The notes: generated from the sequence alone by a model not told the origin. A DNA stretch of 64,000 nt from Candidatus Portnoybacteria bacterium RBG_19FT_COMBO_36_7 (GCA_001819495.1 MHMW01000028.1:69398-133397), one strand, 5' to 3'; positions 28,531 to 37,612 are shown, counted from the stretch's first letter. Numbers and translations: made by a program.

Positions 28531-29439
28531 ATGGATATTTTTCAAAAGCAGCAAATAGTTGATTCGATTAAAGCAATAATTAAAGCCCGCTGGTTTTTTG
28601 CGGCAACTGTTTTTGTTCAGGGAATAATTGTTAAAGTATTTTTCCCCAACCCCTTAGCCTCTACTTGGCAGCTGGCAGTGATTTTAATAGTCAGTTATTT
28701 TTACAACATTGCCTATTGGCTATATGTCCGGCGACCGCCAGAAAAAATGACAGATTTGGGCATTAAAGCCGTGAAAGCGCTTCAAATTATTATGGACTCT
28801 TTGGCTATTTCGGCTATACTTTTTTTCTCCGGAACAGTCGACAAAATGATAGTGGTCTGGTATTTTGTTGTTTTAATGATTGGCGTCAGTCTTTATAAAA
28901 AAAGGGGGATTGCCTTAAGCGCTTTTTTTTGTATTTTTCTTTATAGCAGCCTTTTAATTTTAGAATATTATGGATTTTTAATTGTTCCAGCAGGGGCTAA
29001 AAATTTTACTACTGCTTACGGAAATATAGAGCTTACGCTTGGTAATTTGATTGGCTTTGGTACTTATATGATCGCGGCTTCTTTTTTTGCCTGGTTTTTG
29101 GGAAGTTTATTGAGAAAAAGAGAAAAAAGACTGCAAGAGAGAACCGATCAGGCAGTAAAGCAGGCACAAATTCTTGCTCACCAAACCCAAGAGCTTACCA
29201 AAACCAAAGACTATCTCCACGAAGCGCTGGTCAAATCAGATAAATCCAGGACAGAGCTTGAGAAAACAAAAGTAAGTCTGGAAAAAATCAACCTTGAATT
29301 AAAAGCTAAATTGGACGAAGTGGAAAAATACAGCGAAGTGACGACGGGCAGAGAGCTTAAGATGATTGAGCTGAAAGATAAGATAAAATCTATGGAAGAA
29401 AGGATGAAAGAATTAGAGGAACAGATTGCCAATAAATAG
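28531..29439 (+). CDS. paralog 5 of the multi-TM coiled-coil family
   Basis: MDIFQKQQIVDSIK; FSGTVDKM; QTQELTKTKDYLHEALVKSDKSR; EKYSEVTTGRELKMIELKDKI. Confidence 0.8.
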   Translation: MDIFQKQQIVDSIKAIIKARWFFAATVFVQGIIVKVFFPNPLASTWQLAVILIVSYFYNIAYWLYVRRPPEKMTDLGIKAVKALQIIMDSLAISAILFFSGTVDKMIVVWYFVVLMIGVSLYKKRGIALSAFFCIFLYSSLLILEYYGFLIVPAGAKNFTTAYGNIELTLGNLIGFGTYMIAASFFAWFLGSLLRKREKRLQERTDQAVKQAQILAHQTQELTKTKDYLHEALVKSDKSRTELEKTKVSLEKINLELKAKLDEVEKYSEVTTGRELKMIELKDKIKSMEERMKELEEQIANK

Positions 29440-29451
29440 ATATTAAAATCT

Positions 29452-30381
29452 ATGGACGCATTTGAAAAACAGCAGAGGATAGAATCTATAAACGGAATTA
29501 TAAAAGTCCGCTGGTTTATTGTGGCTATTATAGTCGGGCTAGGCTTTATTTTAAAGGCAAAATATTTCGGGTGGGTAGGCGGTTTTCAGGGAGATTTCCT
29601 TTCAGGCTATTTAAAGATGGGTGCTTTTGGGCTGGCGGCTTTTGGTTATAATTTTATCTTTTGGTTTTTTATGCGCCGGTTAAGGCGCAGACCGATAGAA
29701 AAGATTAGCGATAGGGCATTGAATATCATGGCAGCGCTGCAGATAATCCCAGATCAGCTTATGTTTACCCTGGTTTATTACAACACCGGCACAGTAGACG
29801 GAATGTCATTTCTGTTTTATTTTATTTCTGTTTTTTTAGCCAGCAGCATTTACAAATCTAAGGGCATTATCTTAACTGGTCTGCTGTCTGGATTTTTTTA
29901 TACCGGGCTTTTAATTGTCGAATACCAGGGATTAATACCGCATCTCAACACCTATCAAGGGGTAACTCTCTTTGGCAGTCCATACGTGACACGGGGGAAA
30001 ATTATTTCCTTTATATTTTATATAGGTATTATGACATTTGCGGCCGCTTTCCTCTCTAATTTAATCCGTAATCGGGAGAAGAAACTTAGAGAGCAACGCG
30101 ATCAATTGTCGGGCCAGACCCAGCTTTTGACAGTACAGACTCAGGAACTGACCGAGACCCGCGACTATCTCCATGAAGCCTTAACTAAATCAGATAAAGC
30201 CAGAAGCGAACTTGAAAAAACAAAAGAAGAGCAACAAAAGACGAATCTTGAGCTCAAAGCCAAGCTTGAGGAAGTTGAAAAATATGGTCAGGTGACAACG
30301 GGCAGAGAGCTTAAGATGATTGAGCTGAAAGATAAGATTAAGACACTAGAGCAGAGGATTGGTGACTTAGAAAAAAAATAA
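29452..30381 (+). CDS. paralog 6 of the multi-TM coiled-coil family (most divergent N-terminal region)
   Basis: MDAFEKQQRIESIN; NTGTVDGM; QTQELTETRDYLHEALTKSDKAR; EKYGQVTTGRELKMIELKDKI. Confidence 0.8.
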   Translation: MDAFEKQQRIESINGIIKVRWFIVAIIVGLGFILKAKYFGWVGGFQGDFLSGYLKMGAFGLAAFGYNFIFWFFMRRLRRRPIEKISDRALNIMAALQIIPDQLMFTLVYYNTGTVDGMSFLFYFISVFLASSIYKSKGIILTGLLSGFFYTGLLIVEYQGLIPHLNTYQGVTLFGSPYVTRGKIISFIFYIGIMTFAAAFLSNLIRNREKKLREQRDQLSGQTQLLTVQTQELTETRDYLHEALTKSDKARSELEKTKEEQQKTNLELKAKLEEVEKYGQVTTGRELKMIELKDKIKTLEQRIGDLEKK

Positions 30382-30387
30382 ATTTTT

Positions 30388-30480
30388 ATGCCAGGTAGTG
30401 AAAATTCGGCTGCTGCCTGGCAGTAAAAATTATTAAATGCCGAATCTTGCCTGTCGGCAGACAGGTTTCTACTATCTATT
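30388..30480. repeat. palindromic element copy 2 (ATGCCAGGTAGTGAAAATTCGGCTGCTGCCTGGCAG ... GTTTCTACTATCTATT), ends at the ATG of the MBL RNase gene
   Basis: left arm identical to copies 1 and 3; the right arm is partly degenerate with an internal extra palindrome GCCTGTCGGCAGACAGG. Confidence 0.75.
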
Positions 30481-31887
30481 ATGGCAAAACTGCATTTTTA
30501 CGGAGGAACAAGAATTGTCAGCGGAAGCTGCTATTTGTTGGAAGTTAATGACCCGCTTCGTCCGCGAAGCGAGGCGAGTAAGAAGATTTTAATTGATTGC
30601 GGCTTGTTTCAGGGCTCCAGAGAATTTGAAGCAAAAAATCACGCACCATTCCCTTTCAATCCAAAAGAGATTGATTGCGTTATAATTACTCATTCGCATC
30701 TTGACCATATCGGTCGCCTGCCAACATTGGTCAAAGCGGGATTCCGGGGAAAAATATTTGCCACTCTTCCGACAATAGAATTCACTCATTTGATGCTGGA
30801 GGACAGCAAAAAGGTCATGAAGGAAAAGGCCAGGCATGCCGATGCCATCCCTCTTTTCTATGAAGGAGAAATCGATGAAATGATGAAATTTTTTGTGCCG
30901 GTTGGATATCACGAAAAAACAGAAATATCGGATTTTATATCTTTTAAATTTCATGAGGCAGGGCATATTTTGGGCTCGGCGTTTATTGAATTGACCTTTC
31001 AAGAAGTCCGAAGTAATGAATCCGGAAAAAAGACAATTATTTTTTCCGGCGACTTGGGAAATTTGTCGGTGCCGATTATCAAGCCGTTGGAAAATATCGG
31101 AGAGGCGGATTATGTGCTAATTGAGTCTGCTTATGGCGACAAAATGCACGAAGATAAGAGATTGGCTAAAGACATGATAGAAGATGCGACCGAAGAAACA
31201 ATTGCCAGGCATGGCGTTTTGATGATTCCCAGTTTTGCCATGGAACGCACCCAGCAGCTGCTTTTTCATTTCAACGAGCTGGTTGAGCATAAACGCATTC
31301 CCGCCATTCCGATTTTTATCGACAGCCCGCTGGCGACAGAAGTAACGAAGGTTTATAAAAAATTTACTGATTTTTTTAACTCAGAAGCAAAGAACATGGT
31401 TTTGGTCGGGGATGATATTTTTAAATTTCCTGGCTTGAAATATACTCCCTCTGTCAAAGAATCAAAAGAAATTAACGATATCGCTCCGCCCAAGATTATC
31501 ATTGCGGGCTCGGGCATGTCTCAGGGCGGCCGGATCGTGCATCACGAAGTTCGCTATTTGCCGGACGAACGCAATACGCTTCTTATGGTTACTTATCAGG
31601 CGCATGGCACTTTGGGCCGTAAAATTTTAGAAGGAGCCAAAGAAGTGGAAATTTTGGACCAAAAAATATCGGTCAGGGCAAAAGTTAAAAGCATCAGTAG
31701 CTATTCAGCCCACGCTGACCAGAAAGGTCTGCTTGATTGGCTCTGCTGTTTGCAGAAACCGGTTAAGAAAATTTTTGTGGTGCAGGGCGAGGAAGAGCCG
31801 GCTAATGTTTTGGCGCAAAAAATAAAGGATAGCATGGGAATAGACGCACAAGTGCCCAGATTCGGGCAGGTGACGGAATTATCGTAA
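30481..31887 (+). CDS. MBL-fold metallo-hydrolase of the beta-CASP RNA-metabolising family (RNase J/CPSF-like)
   Basis: HSHLDHIG motif 2; beta-CASP region; C-terminal motif SAHADQ; 468 aa. Confidence 0.8.
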   Translation: MAKLHFYGGTRIVSGSCYLLEVNDPLRPRSEASKKILIDCGLFQGSREFEAKNHAPFPFNPKEIDCVIITHSHLDHIGRLPTLVKAGFRGKIFATLPTIEFTHLMLEDSKKVMKEKARHADAIPLFYEGEIDEMMKFFVPVGYHEKTEISDFISFKFHEAGHILGSAFIELTFQEVRSNESGKKTIIFSGDLGNLSVPIIKPLENIGEADYVLIESAYGDKMHEDKRLAKDMIEDATEETIARHGVLMIPSFAMERTQQLLFHFNELVEHKRIPAIPIFIDSPLATEVTKVYKKFTDFFNSEAKNMVLVGDDIFKFPGLKYTPSVKESKEINDIAPPKIIIAGSGMSQGGRIVHHEVRYLPDERNTLLMVTYQAHGTLGRKILEGAKEVEILDQKISVRAKVKSISSYSAHADQKGLLDWLCCLQKPVKKIFVVQGEEEPANVLAQKIKDSMGIDAQVPRFGQVTELS

Positions 31888-31968
31888 AAATAGACTTTTC
31901 TAAATAACTAATATAAAATAAAAGATATTAAACTATTTACTGCCCGCGCGGTTCGGGAATAAAAAACT

Positions 31969-32571
31969 ATGGAAAAAATAGCGTCATCTTATCTAAAATA
32001 TAAAATTTGCGTTTCAGGGGCAGCGGTAACCGATTGTTGCTCGCCGGACGCCCTGGAAAAAGCCAAAGAAGTTGGCCGGGAAATTGTCAGGCACAACGGG
32101 GTTTTAGTAACCGGTGCGACTACCGGTATTCCTTACTGGGCGGCGATCGGCGCCAAAGATGAAGGCGGGATTTCAATCGGTCTCTCGCCGGCTGCTTCTG
32201 AAGAAGCGCATGTTAAAGCTTACCGCCTGCCAACTGACTATTTTGATATGATAATCTACACCGGTTTTGAATATGCAGGCAGAAATCTTTTATTGACCAG
32301 ATCTTCAGATGCGGTGATTGTAATTTGTGGCCGCATGGGAACATTAAACGAATTTACTATCGCTTTTGAAGATAAAAAACCCATTGGAGTTTTGACAGGA
32401 ACAGGAGGCATGTCAGATTTTTATGACGATATAGTAAAAAAAGCCAAACGCGGTCCGGGGAAAATCGTTTATGATTCAGATCCCAAGACCTTAGTTGAAA
32501 AAGTGCTTGAATTGGTAGAAAAAGAAAAGGTGGTTAAAATAGAGAAAAAGCCGAGAATAAAAAAAGATTAA
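31969..32571 (+). CDS. LOG/TIGR00725-like Rossmann-fold protein
   Basis: ICGRMGTLNEF resembles the LOG-family GxGTxxE motif; about 200 aa. Confidence 0.5.
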   Translation: MEKIASSYLKYKICVSGAAVTDCCSPDALEKAKEVGREIVRHNGVLVTGATTGIPYWAAIGAKDEGGISIGLSPAASEEAHVKAYRLPTDYFDMIIYTGFEYAGRNLLLTRSSDAVIVICGRMGTLNEFTIAFEDKKPIGVLTGTGGMSDFYDDIVKKAKRGPGKIVYDSDPKTLVEKVLELVEKEKVVKIEKKPRIKKD

Positions 32572-32574
32572 ATA

Positions 32575-32652
32575 AAATGCCTGAATTGGCCGCTGGTTGG
32601 CGGTTTGACGGGCGAAACCCACTTTCGCTAATGCTACGGTGGGCGAGGGGAG
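32575..32652 (+). promoter_or_regulatory. GC-rich structured 5' leader (candidate cis-regulatory RNA) upstream of a small beta-barrel protein gene
   Basis: local GC spike in an AT-rich genome; hairpins GGGCGAAACCC and CCCAC-16nt-GTGGG; ends in strong SD GGGGAGGTG. Confidence 0.3.
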
Positions 32653-32661
32653 GTGAGAATA

Positions 32662-32919
32662 ATGGCGGAAGAAAAATTAGTCGGCAAGATCATACATTTC
32701 TACACTAACATCGGCGTGGGCATCATTGAACTTTCCGATAAATTGGATGCGGGCGAAAAAATTCATGTCAAAGGATTAAGCACCGATTTTGAGCAGACAG
32801 TGGAATCTATGCAGGTTGAGCATCAAAATGTGGAGTCAGCCAAAGCCGGAGAATCTATCGGAATAAAATTGAATGAGAAGGTGAGGGAAGGCGACGAAGT
32901 TTTTAAATTATTTGAATAA
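32662..32919 (+). CDS. small beta-barrel protein resembling EF-Tu domain 2 (hypothetical)
   Basis: ATG 9 nt after GGAGG; GKIIHFYTNIGVGIIEL...GEKIHVKG...GESIGIKL pattern like translation-factor beta-barrel domains. Confidence 0.45.
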   Translation: MAEEKLVGKIIHFYTNIGVGIIELSDKLDAGEKIHVKGLSTDFEQTVESMQVEHQNVESAKAGESIGIKLNEKVREGDEVFKLFE

Positions 32920-32945
32920 TCGAGCGAAAAGATTTTTATTTGGAT

Positions 32946-33023
32946 AATTCGGATGTATTCGTAAATTTGGGTCGCTTTGAAAACTGACCCGAATGACCCG
33001 AATCAGACCCGAATATCCCGAAT
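32946..33023. promoter_or_regulatory. array of GACCCGAAT direct repeats with upstream inverted half-sites (candidate operator) before the permease gene
   Basis: GACCCGAAT x3 plus TCCCGAAT at 9-11 nt spacing; upstream AATTCGGAT / GGGTC are reverse-complement half-sites. Confidence 0.4.
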
Positions 33024-33046
33024 GATTTTAGATTACAGTTTTTTAT

Positions 33047-34183
33047 ATGTCTAAAAAATTTTTCTATGCTTTGTCTGTCTTGACTGGAATGATTATTGGT
33101 GTAGGAATTTTTGGGATTCCTTATTGTTTCGCCCAGACCGGAATTTTGATTGGCTTTTTTTATTTGATTTTTTTGACCATCGTGGTCACAAGCATCCATC
33201 TTTTATACGGCGAGATAATTTTACGAACAGGTCAGGATTGCCGTTTGGTGGGCTACGGCGAAAAATATCTTGGACCAAAAGGCAAGGCGGCGGTGACTGG
33301 CATTGTTATTTTCCAGTTTTATGGGGCTCTTTTGGCCTATATAATCGCGGGCGGATATTTTTTGAACATAATTTTTGGCAGATTTTTTGGCGGCACGGAT
33401 TTTTCGTGGTCGCTGATTTTTTTTGCTTTGGGAGCTCTGGCTATTTTTTTCGGGCTGAAAACAGTTTCACTTTCCGAGTTTTTTATGGCAATTATTCTTG
33501 TGGTTCTCGCCTGTCTTTTTGTTTTAAAAGGAGCGCCTTTTGTCAGTTTTGAAAATCTTAAAGGTTTTAATCTAATGAAATTTTTTCTGCCCTACGGCGT
33601 CGTTTTCTTTTCTTTGACAGGCGGAGCGGCAGTGCCGGAGCTTCGCCAGATCCTGAAGGGGCAGGAAAGAAAAATTAAAAGAGTCATAGTTTTAGGGACG
33701 GTGATTCCGGCAGTTATTTATTTTCTTTTTGCTCTGGTGGTGGTCGGAACAACGGGGCAGGATACGAGCAAAGATGCAATTTCTGGTCTTGTCCCTTATC
33801 TTGGGCAAAATATTATTGTCTTGGGTGCAGTTTTTGGGTTTTTGACGGTTATTACTTCTTTTTTAATGCTTGGTCTGAATCTGCGAAAAATGTTCCAGCT
33901 GGATTATAAACTGAACAAATTTTTGGCTTGGGCGCTGGCCTGTTTTATTCCTCTCATTGCTTTTTTAATTGGCTTTAAAGATTTTATCATGGTCATCGGG
34001 CTGATCGGTGCAGTGGCCGGAGGTTTTGAGGGGATTGTGACAATTTTAATTTATCGCCGCGCAAAAAAAATGGGCAACCGCCAGCCCGAATACAGCCTTA
34101 AATTAAACAGAATATTTATCTGGACAATGGTTCTGCTTTTTGCCTTAGGCATATTTTACGAGTTTATCTATTTGGCAAAATGA
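33047..34183 (+). CDS. amino acid permease-like transporter (about 11 TM)
   Basis: entirely hydrophobic with 11 predicted helices; N-terminal LSVLTGMIIGVGIFGIPY resembles Trp/Tyr-permease/AAAP-type carriers. Confidence 0.55.
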   Translation: MSKKFFYALSVLTGMIIGVGIFGIPYCFAQTGILIGFFYLIFLTIVVTSIHLLYGEIILRTGQDCRLVGYGEKYLGPKGKAAVTGIVIFQFYGALLAYIIAGGYFLNIIFGRFFGGTDFSWSLIFFALGALAIFFGLKTVSLSEFFMAIILVVLACLFVLKGAPFVSFENLKGFNLMKFFLPYGVVFFSLTGGAAVPELRQILKGQERKIKRVIVLGTVIPAVIYFLFALVVVGTTGQDTSKDAISGLVPYLGQNIIVLGAVFGFLTVITSFLMLGLNLRKMFQLDYKLNKFLAWALACFIPLIAFLIGFKDFIMVIGLIGAVAGGFEGIVTILIYRRAKKMGNRQPEYSLKLNRIFIWTMVLLFALGIFYEFIYLAK

Positions 34184-35541
34184 AATTTTTGGAAAAAATT
34201 GAATGCTGGCTTTTTTATGCTTTAGTTTTTTTTGTGCCTCTGCAACTAAGGATTATCTTGCGTTCTTTCAGCTCTCAATTTAATGAATGGACAAGCACCT
34301 ATCTTTATGCCACTGATATCCTCATATTTTTAATTCTGCTGTTTTGGCTGACAAGAAAGATTAAGGAAAAAAAATGGAAAATTGTAAGTTTTCAAAATAT
34401 CTGGGTTGAGGTAGGGCTTTTTTTGTTTTTACTGGTAAGCGGGGTCTCAATTTTTCTGTCCAACAATTTTTGGTTGAGTTTTTTCAGCTGGGTCAAGCTA
34501 GTAGAATTTAGTCTATTGTTTTTATATATAAAATATAATTTTGGAAAATTATTCAGTCTCCAGAGATTTTGGCAGATTTTTATGGTCAGTGCTGTGGTGC
34601 AGAGCGGCCTAGCGATTTATCAGTTTTTTGCGCAAAAAAGCTTAGGCTTGAAAATATTGGCTGAGAGTCCCATTGCGCCTGATATTTTAGGTGTGGCAAA
34701 AATAGTGGTAGACGGCAAAAAAATAGTCCGTGCCTATGGCCTGGTGCCGCACCCCAATATTCTGGCGGCAATCTTGATGCTGGCGATTTTCGGTTTAATT
34801 TATTTGTTTATAAAAAATTACGGGAAATTAAAAAATTGGCAAAAGGCGGTTTATGGAGGAACGTTAATTTTGGTCTCGGTCGCGTTATTTTTTACTTTTT
34901 CGCGCAGTGCCACCCTTATCGGTTTTATTTTATTTGCTATCTGGTTAGCCGTCGTCTATTGGAAGCAGGCAGCGTGTAGGCGGCCGATAATTTTAACCGC
35001 GATTTTGCTATTGGCCATATGCTCTTTGCTATTAGCCATTTATCGGCCTTATGTTTCAGCCCGTTATGACACAGTTTCGCTTGGTGCGAGCCAGGCCGTA
35101 AGTTTGCGCGTTTTTTATAGCGAGATAGCCTGGCAATTAATAAAAGGTAGTCCAATTTTGGGCGTCGGCCAGGGCAATTTTGTCTGGACTTTTATTCAAC
35201 CAGCTGCCCTTGAGGACTGGATATATCAGCCGGTACACAATATCTATTTATTGATCGCTGCTGAAACCGGCATTTTGGGATTATTTGCTTTTCTCTGGTT
35301 TTTGTTTAAGATAACGAGAAGCATTTATCTGGAAAAGAAAGCGATAAAAGACAGATTATCATTATATTGTCTGTTTAGCATCTTTATTTTCTTTTTGGCC
35401 ATCGGTTTTTTTGACCATTTTTTGTGGGATCTGCAACAGGGGCAATTGATGCTATGGATGGGATTAGGTATAATAGCGGGACTTAGTCCCTATGGCTCCC
35501 TCCTTCGCCCAAATGGATTTGGGCTTCGGAAGGGCAAGTAG
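34180..35541 (+). CDS. O-antigen ligase-like (Wzy_C family) polytopic membrane protein
   Basis: about 12 TM; FTFSRSATLIGFILFAIWL loop region typical of the O-antigen ligase/WaaL family. Confidence 0.55.
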   Translation: MKFLEKIECWLFYALVFFVPLQLRIILRSFSSQFNEWTSTYLYATDILIFLILLFWLTRKIKEKKWKIVSFQNIWVEVGLFLFLLVSGVSIFLSNNFWLSFFSWVKLVEFSLLFLYIKYNFGKLFSLQRFWQIFMVSAVVQSGLAIYQFFAQKSLGLKILAESPIAPDILGVAKIVVDGKKIVRAYGLVPHPNILAAILMLAIFGLIYLFIKNYGKLKNWQKAVYGGTLILVSVALFFTFSRSATLIGFILFAIWLAVVYWKQAACRRPIILTAILLLAICSLLLAIYRPYVSARYDTVSLGASQAVSLRVFYSEIAWQLIKGSPILGVGQGNFVWTFIQPAALEDWIYQPVHNIYLLIAAETGILGLFAFLWFLFKITRSIYLEKKAIKDRLSLYCLFSIFIFFLAIGFFDHFLWDLQQGQLMLWMGLGIIAGLSPYGSLLRPNGFGLRKGK

Positions 35542-35599
35542 TGTGCTAAAATCAATGCCCGCCACTCGAAGCTCCAATTATTATTGGAGCGAAGTGCGG

Positions 35600-35670
35600 T
35601 CCCTATAGCTCAACGGATCGAGCGCGGCCCTCCGAAGGCTGAGATCGAGGTTCAATTCCTCGTAGGGACG
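35600..35670 (+). tRNA. tRNA-Arg (anticodon CCG)
   Basis: cloverleaf folds by hand: acceptor GTCCCTA/TAGGGAC, U8, D-stem GCTC/GAGC, anticodon stem CGGCC/GGCTG, loop CTCCGAA (CCG), T-stem CGAGG/CCTCG, T-loop TTCAATT, discriminator G; CCA not encoded. Confidence 0.8.
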
Positions 35671-35694
35671 CTATAAAAATTAAATATATAAAAT

Positions 35695-35820
35695 ATGTCG
35701 GTAAAAAAAGAAGGCGAAAAATATAGATGCAATGTTTGCGGCAATGAAGTCGTTGTCGCGAAAGTCGGAGGCGGAACTTTGGTTTGCTGCGGCCAAGACA
35801 TGGAATTACTGGAAGAATAA
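35695..35820 (+). CDS. desulforedoxin-like small metal-binding protein (41 aa; missed by the ORF track)
   Basis: MSVKKEGEKYRCNVCGNEVVVAKVGGGTLVCCGQDMELLEE: CxxC ... GGGxLxCCGxxM is the desulforedoxin / Dfx N-domain signature. Confidence 0.6.
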   Translation: MSVKKEGEKYRCNVCGNEVVVAKVGGGTLVCCGQDMELLEE

Positions 35821-35852
35821 AAATCAAGTACTTTTATAAAAGGAGGCGAGCT

Positions 35853-36338
35853 ATGGCGAGATTCTTTAATGGCTACAAGGATGAGTCGGTGATTGTCGTC
35901 AAGAGCGTTTTTCCGGACAGCGATCTGATTTTTTCTACACCAATAGAATTCAGCAAACAAAGATCAGGAGTTTATATCGAAGGCAATTTTTTTCATCAGA
36001 TGGCGATTTTTGAACATTTAAAGAAGTTATTAGACGTAAACCCTGAAGAGATCTATTTTGGAAAATGGATCTGGGTGAGCCCGCCGGACGATTTCGAAGA
36101 AATTCCCCACATAGTTATGCATTATGAGGCAACAGAAGAAATTGATAAGCTGCAGTTGCTTAATTTAGTCTTGCCCAGGCAATTGGCGATAGTGTGTAAC
36201 CTGAAGCTTTCCTGGGTCTGGGAAATAATCGTCAGAATAAAGGGGGAGATCGCCCAAAAAGATTTCGTCGTTTTGCCGCAAGACGTGCCAAATGGAGAAA
36301 TAGCTCTTTGTGCCCAGCAGAAAATTGAAATTCCTTAA
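35853..36338 (+). CDS. hypothetical protein
   Basis: ATG 6 nt after AGGAGG; the tracked longer ORF start overlaps the upstream small gene and looks spurious; no recognisable motifs. Confidence 0.5.
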   Translation: MARFFNGYKDESVIVVKSVFPDSDLIFSTPIEFSKQRSGVYIEGNFFHQMAIFEHLKKLLDVNPEEIYFGKWIWVSPPDDFEEIPHIVMHYEATEEIDKLQLLNLVLPRQLAIVCNLKLSWVWEIIVRIKGEIAQKDFVVLPQDVPNGEIALCAQQKIEIP

Positions 36339-36412
36339 TAATTTAAGAGAAAATAAAAAGAACGCGCAACTGATATTTTGGTTGCGCGTTGTTTTTTAAT
36401 TTTTGAAAATAT

Positions 36413-37480
36413 TTAGAACGTGCTGTAAAGTTTGACGTTGTCAGGCCGCAGCAGTTCTGTAAGCGAGCGGCCTTCGACCATTCTGGCGATTGCTTCGCTC
36501 AAAAGCTTGGCGGCCGAAAGGATAATGATTTTTCCTTGACCGTTGATGTTCAGCTTATGGCCGACAGGAACGCTGTCTGTGGTAATGAATTTTTTTATGG
36601 GCGACTGTTCTAATCTTTCAATAAGGTCCCGGTGGCTGAGCTGTTTGTGCTCGAGTATCGGGTGGACCGCTGCCATAAACAGAGTTTTAGCTCCTGCCTC
36701 AATAAGAACTTTCGCGTCTTTGATGGCCGTGCTGCCTGTTAATATTTCATCGTCAAAAAGCAGGCAATTTTTGTTTTTTACTTCGCCGATGATCTTTTTT
36801 GGTGTCGGGTTCTCGGAGTTATCTTCGCGATCCTTAACGATGTACGCCTGTCCCGCCCTAAGGAGATTGGCTATTTTTTCATACTTATTGGCCGCACCAG
36901 CATCAGCAAAGACCATTGTCCATTCATTGCTGTTTTTACCAAGAAAATTTTTTTTTAGATAGTCTGCCAGTAGATAGACCGCGGTTATTTCATTGGCCGC
37001 CGGCTTGAAATAATGCTTGAGATGGCTGTCATGCGGGTCCATGATAAGCACGCGGTGAATGCCAAAAAAATTGCTGATCATATCTCCATAGAGATCCGCG
37101 AAAGTTGAGATACGGGGCTGGTTTTTTCTGTCAGAACGAGAAAACCACATATAGGGGTGCACTAGTATGATGTCAGCGACATCAGCATCGATCAGGGCAT
37201 GCAGCATAGCGTGAAATAACATGTAGTTGTGGGCGACCGGCTGGGCTTGAGTGCAGATAATAACTGCCAGCATATCTCGGACTTCCTCAACTTGGGCCTG
37301 AGGATTGCCATTTGAGAAAATTTCGTATTCAGTTTTGGCCAGCCGGAGCTTGCCTCCTTCATAAGGAATGAAATACCGGGGAATGCGGTTTTGCAGATAA
37401 TTGCAAACATTTTGAGTGATTTCTTCAGACCCGGGAGCAGCAAATAACTTTATTGCGGTAAAATAGCTTGTTCTGATCAT
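36413..37480 (-). CDS. prs: ribose-phosphate pyrophosphokinase family protein
   Basis: N-terminal KLFAAPGSEEITQNV; PRPP-binding-type loop FDDEILTGSTAIKDA; 355 aa. Confidence 0.7.
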   Translation of the reverse strand: MIRTSYFTAIKLFAAPGSEEITQNVCNYLQNRIPRYFIPYEGGKLRLAKTEYEIFSNGNPQAQVEEVRDMLAVIICTQAQPVAHNYMLFHAMLHALIDADVADIILVHPYMWFSRSDRKNQPRISTFADLYGDMISNFFGIHRVLIMDPHDSHLKHYFKPAANEITAVYLLADYLKKNFLGKNSNEWTMVFADAGAANKYEKIANLLRAGQAYIVKDREDNSENPTPKKIIGEVKNKNCLLFDDEILTGSTAIKDAKVLIEAGAKTLFMAAVHPILEHKQLSHRDLIERLEQSPIKKFITTDSVPVGHKLNINGQGKIIILSAAKLLSEAIARMVEGRSLTELLRPDNVKLYSTF

Positions 37481-37564
37481 TTTTCCCTCCTTTTTTATTT
37501 ATTTTTTAAAGATCAAAATTTAATATCTTTAATATTCAAAAATACCATTTTTAGAATTTAACGT

Positions 37565-37597
37565 CAATAAAAAATGCGCAGCTGATTCAGCTGCGCA
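37565..37597 (-). terminator. intrinsic terminator downstream of the NUDIX gene
   Basis: perfect palindrome TGCGCAGCTGATTCAGCTGCGCA followed on the minus strand by a T-run. Confidence 0.65.
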
Positions 37598-37612
37598 TTA
37601 TTCAGTCAAAGC

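Noticed and set aside
35784-35852. Upstream extension of ORF 35784-36338
   Set aside because: It overlaps the desulforedoxin-like gene. An ATG at 35853 with an AGGAGG RBS is the likelier start.
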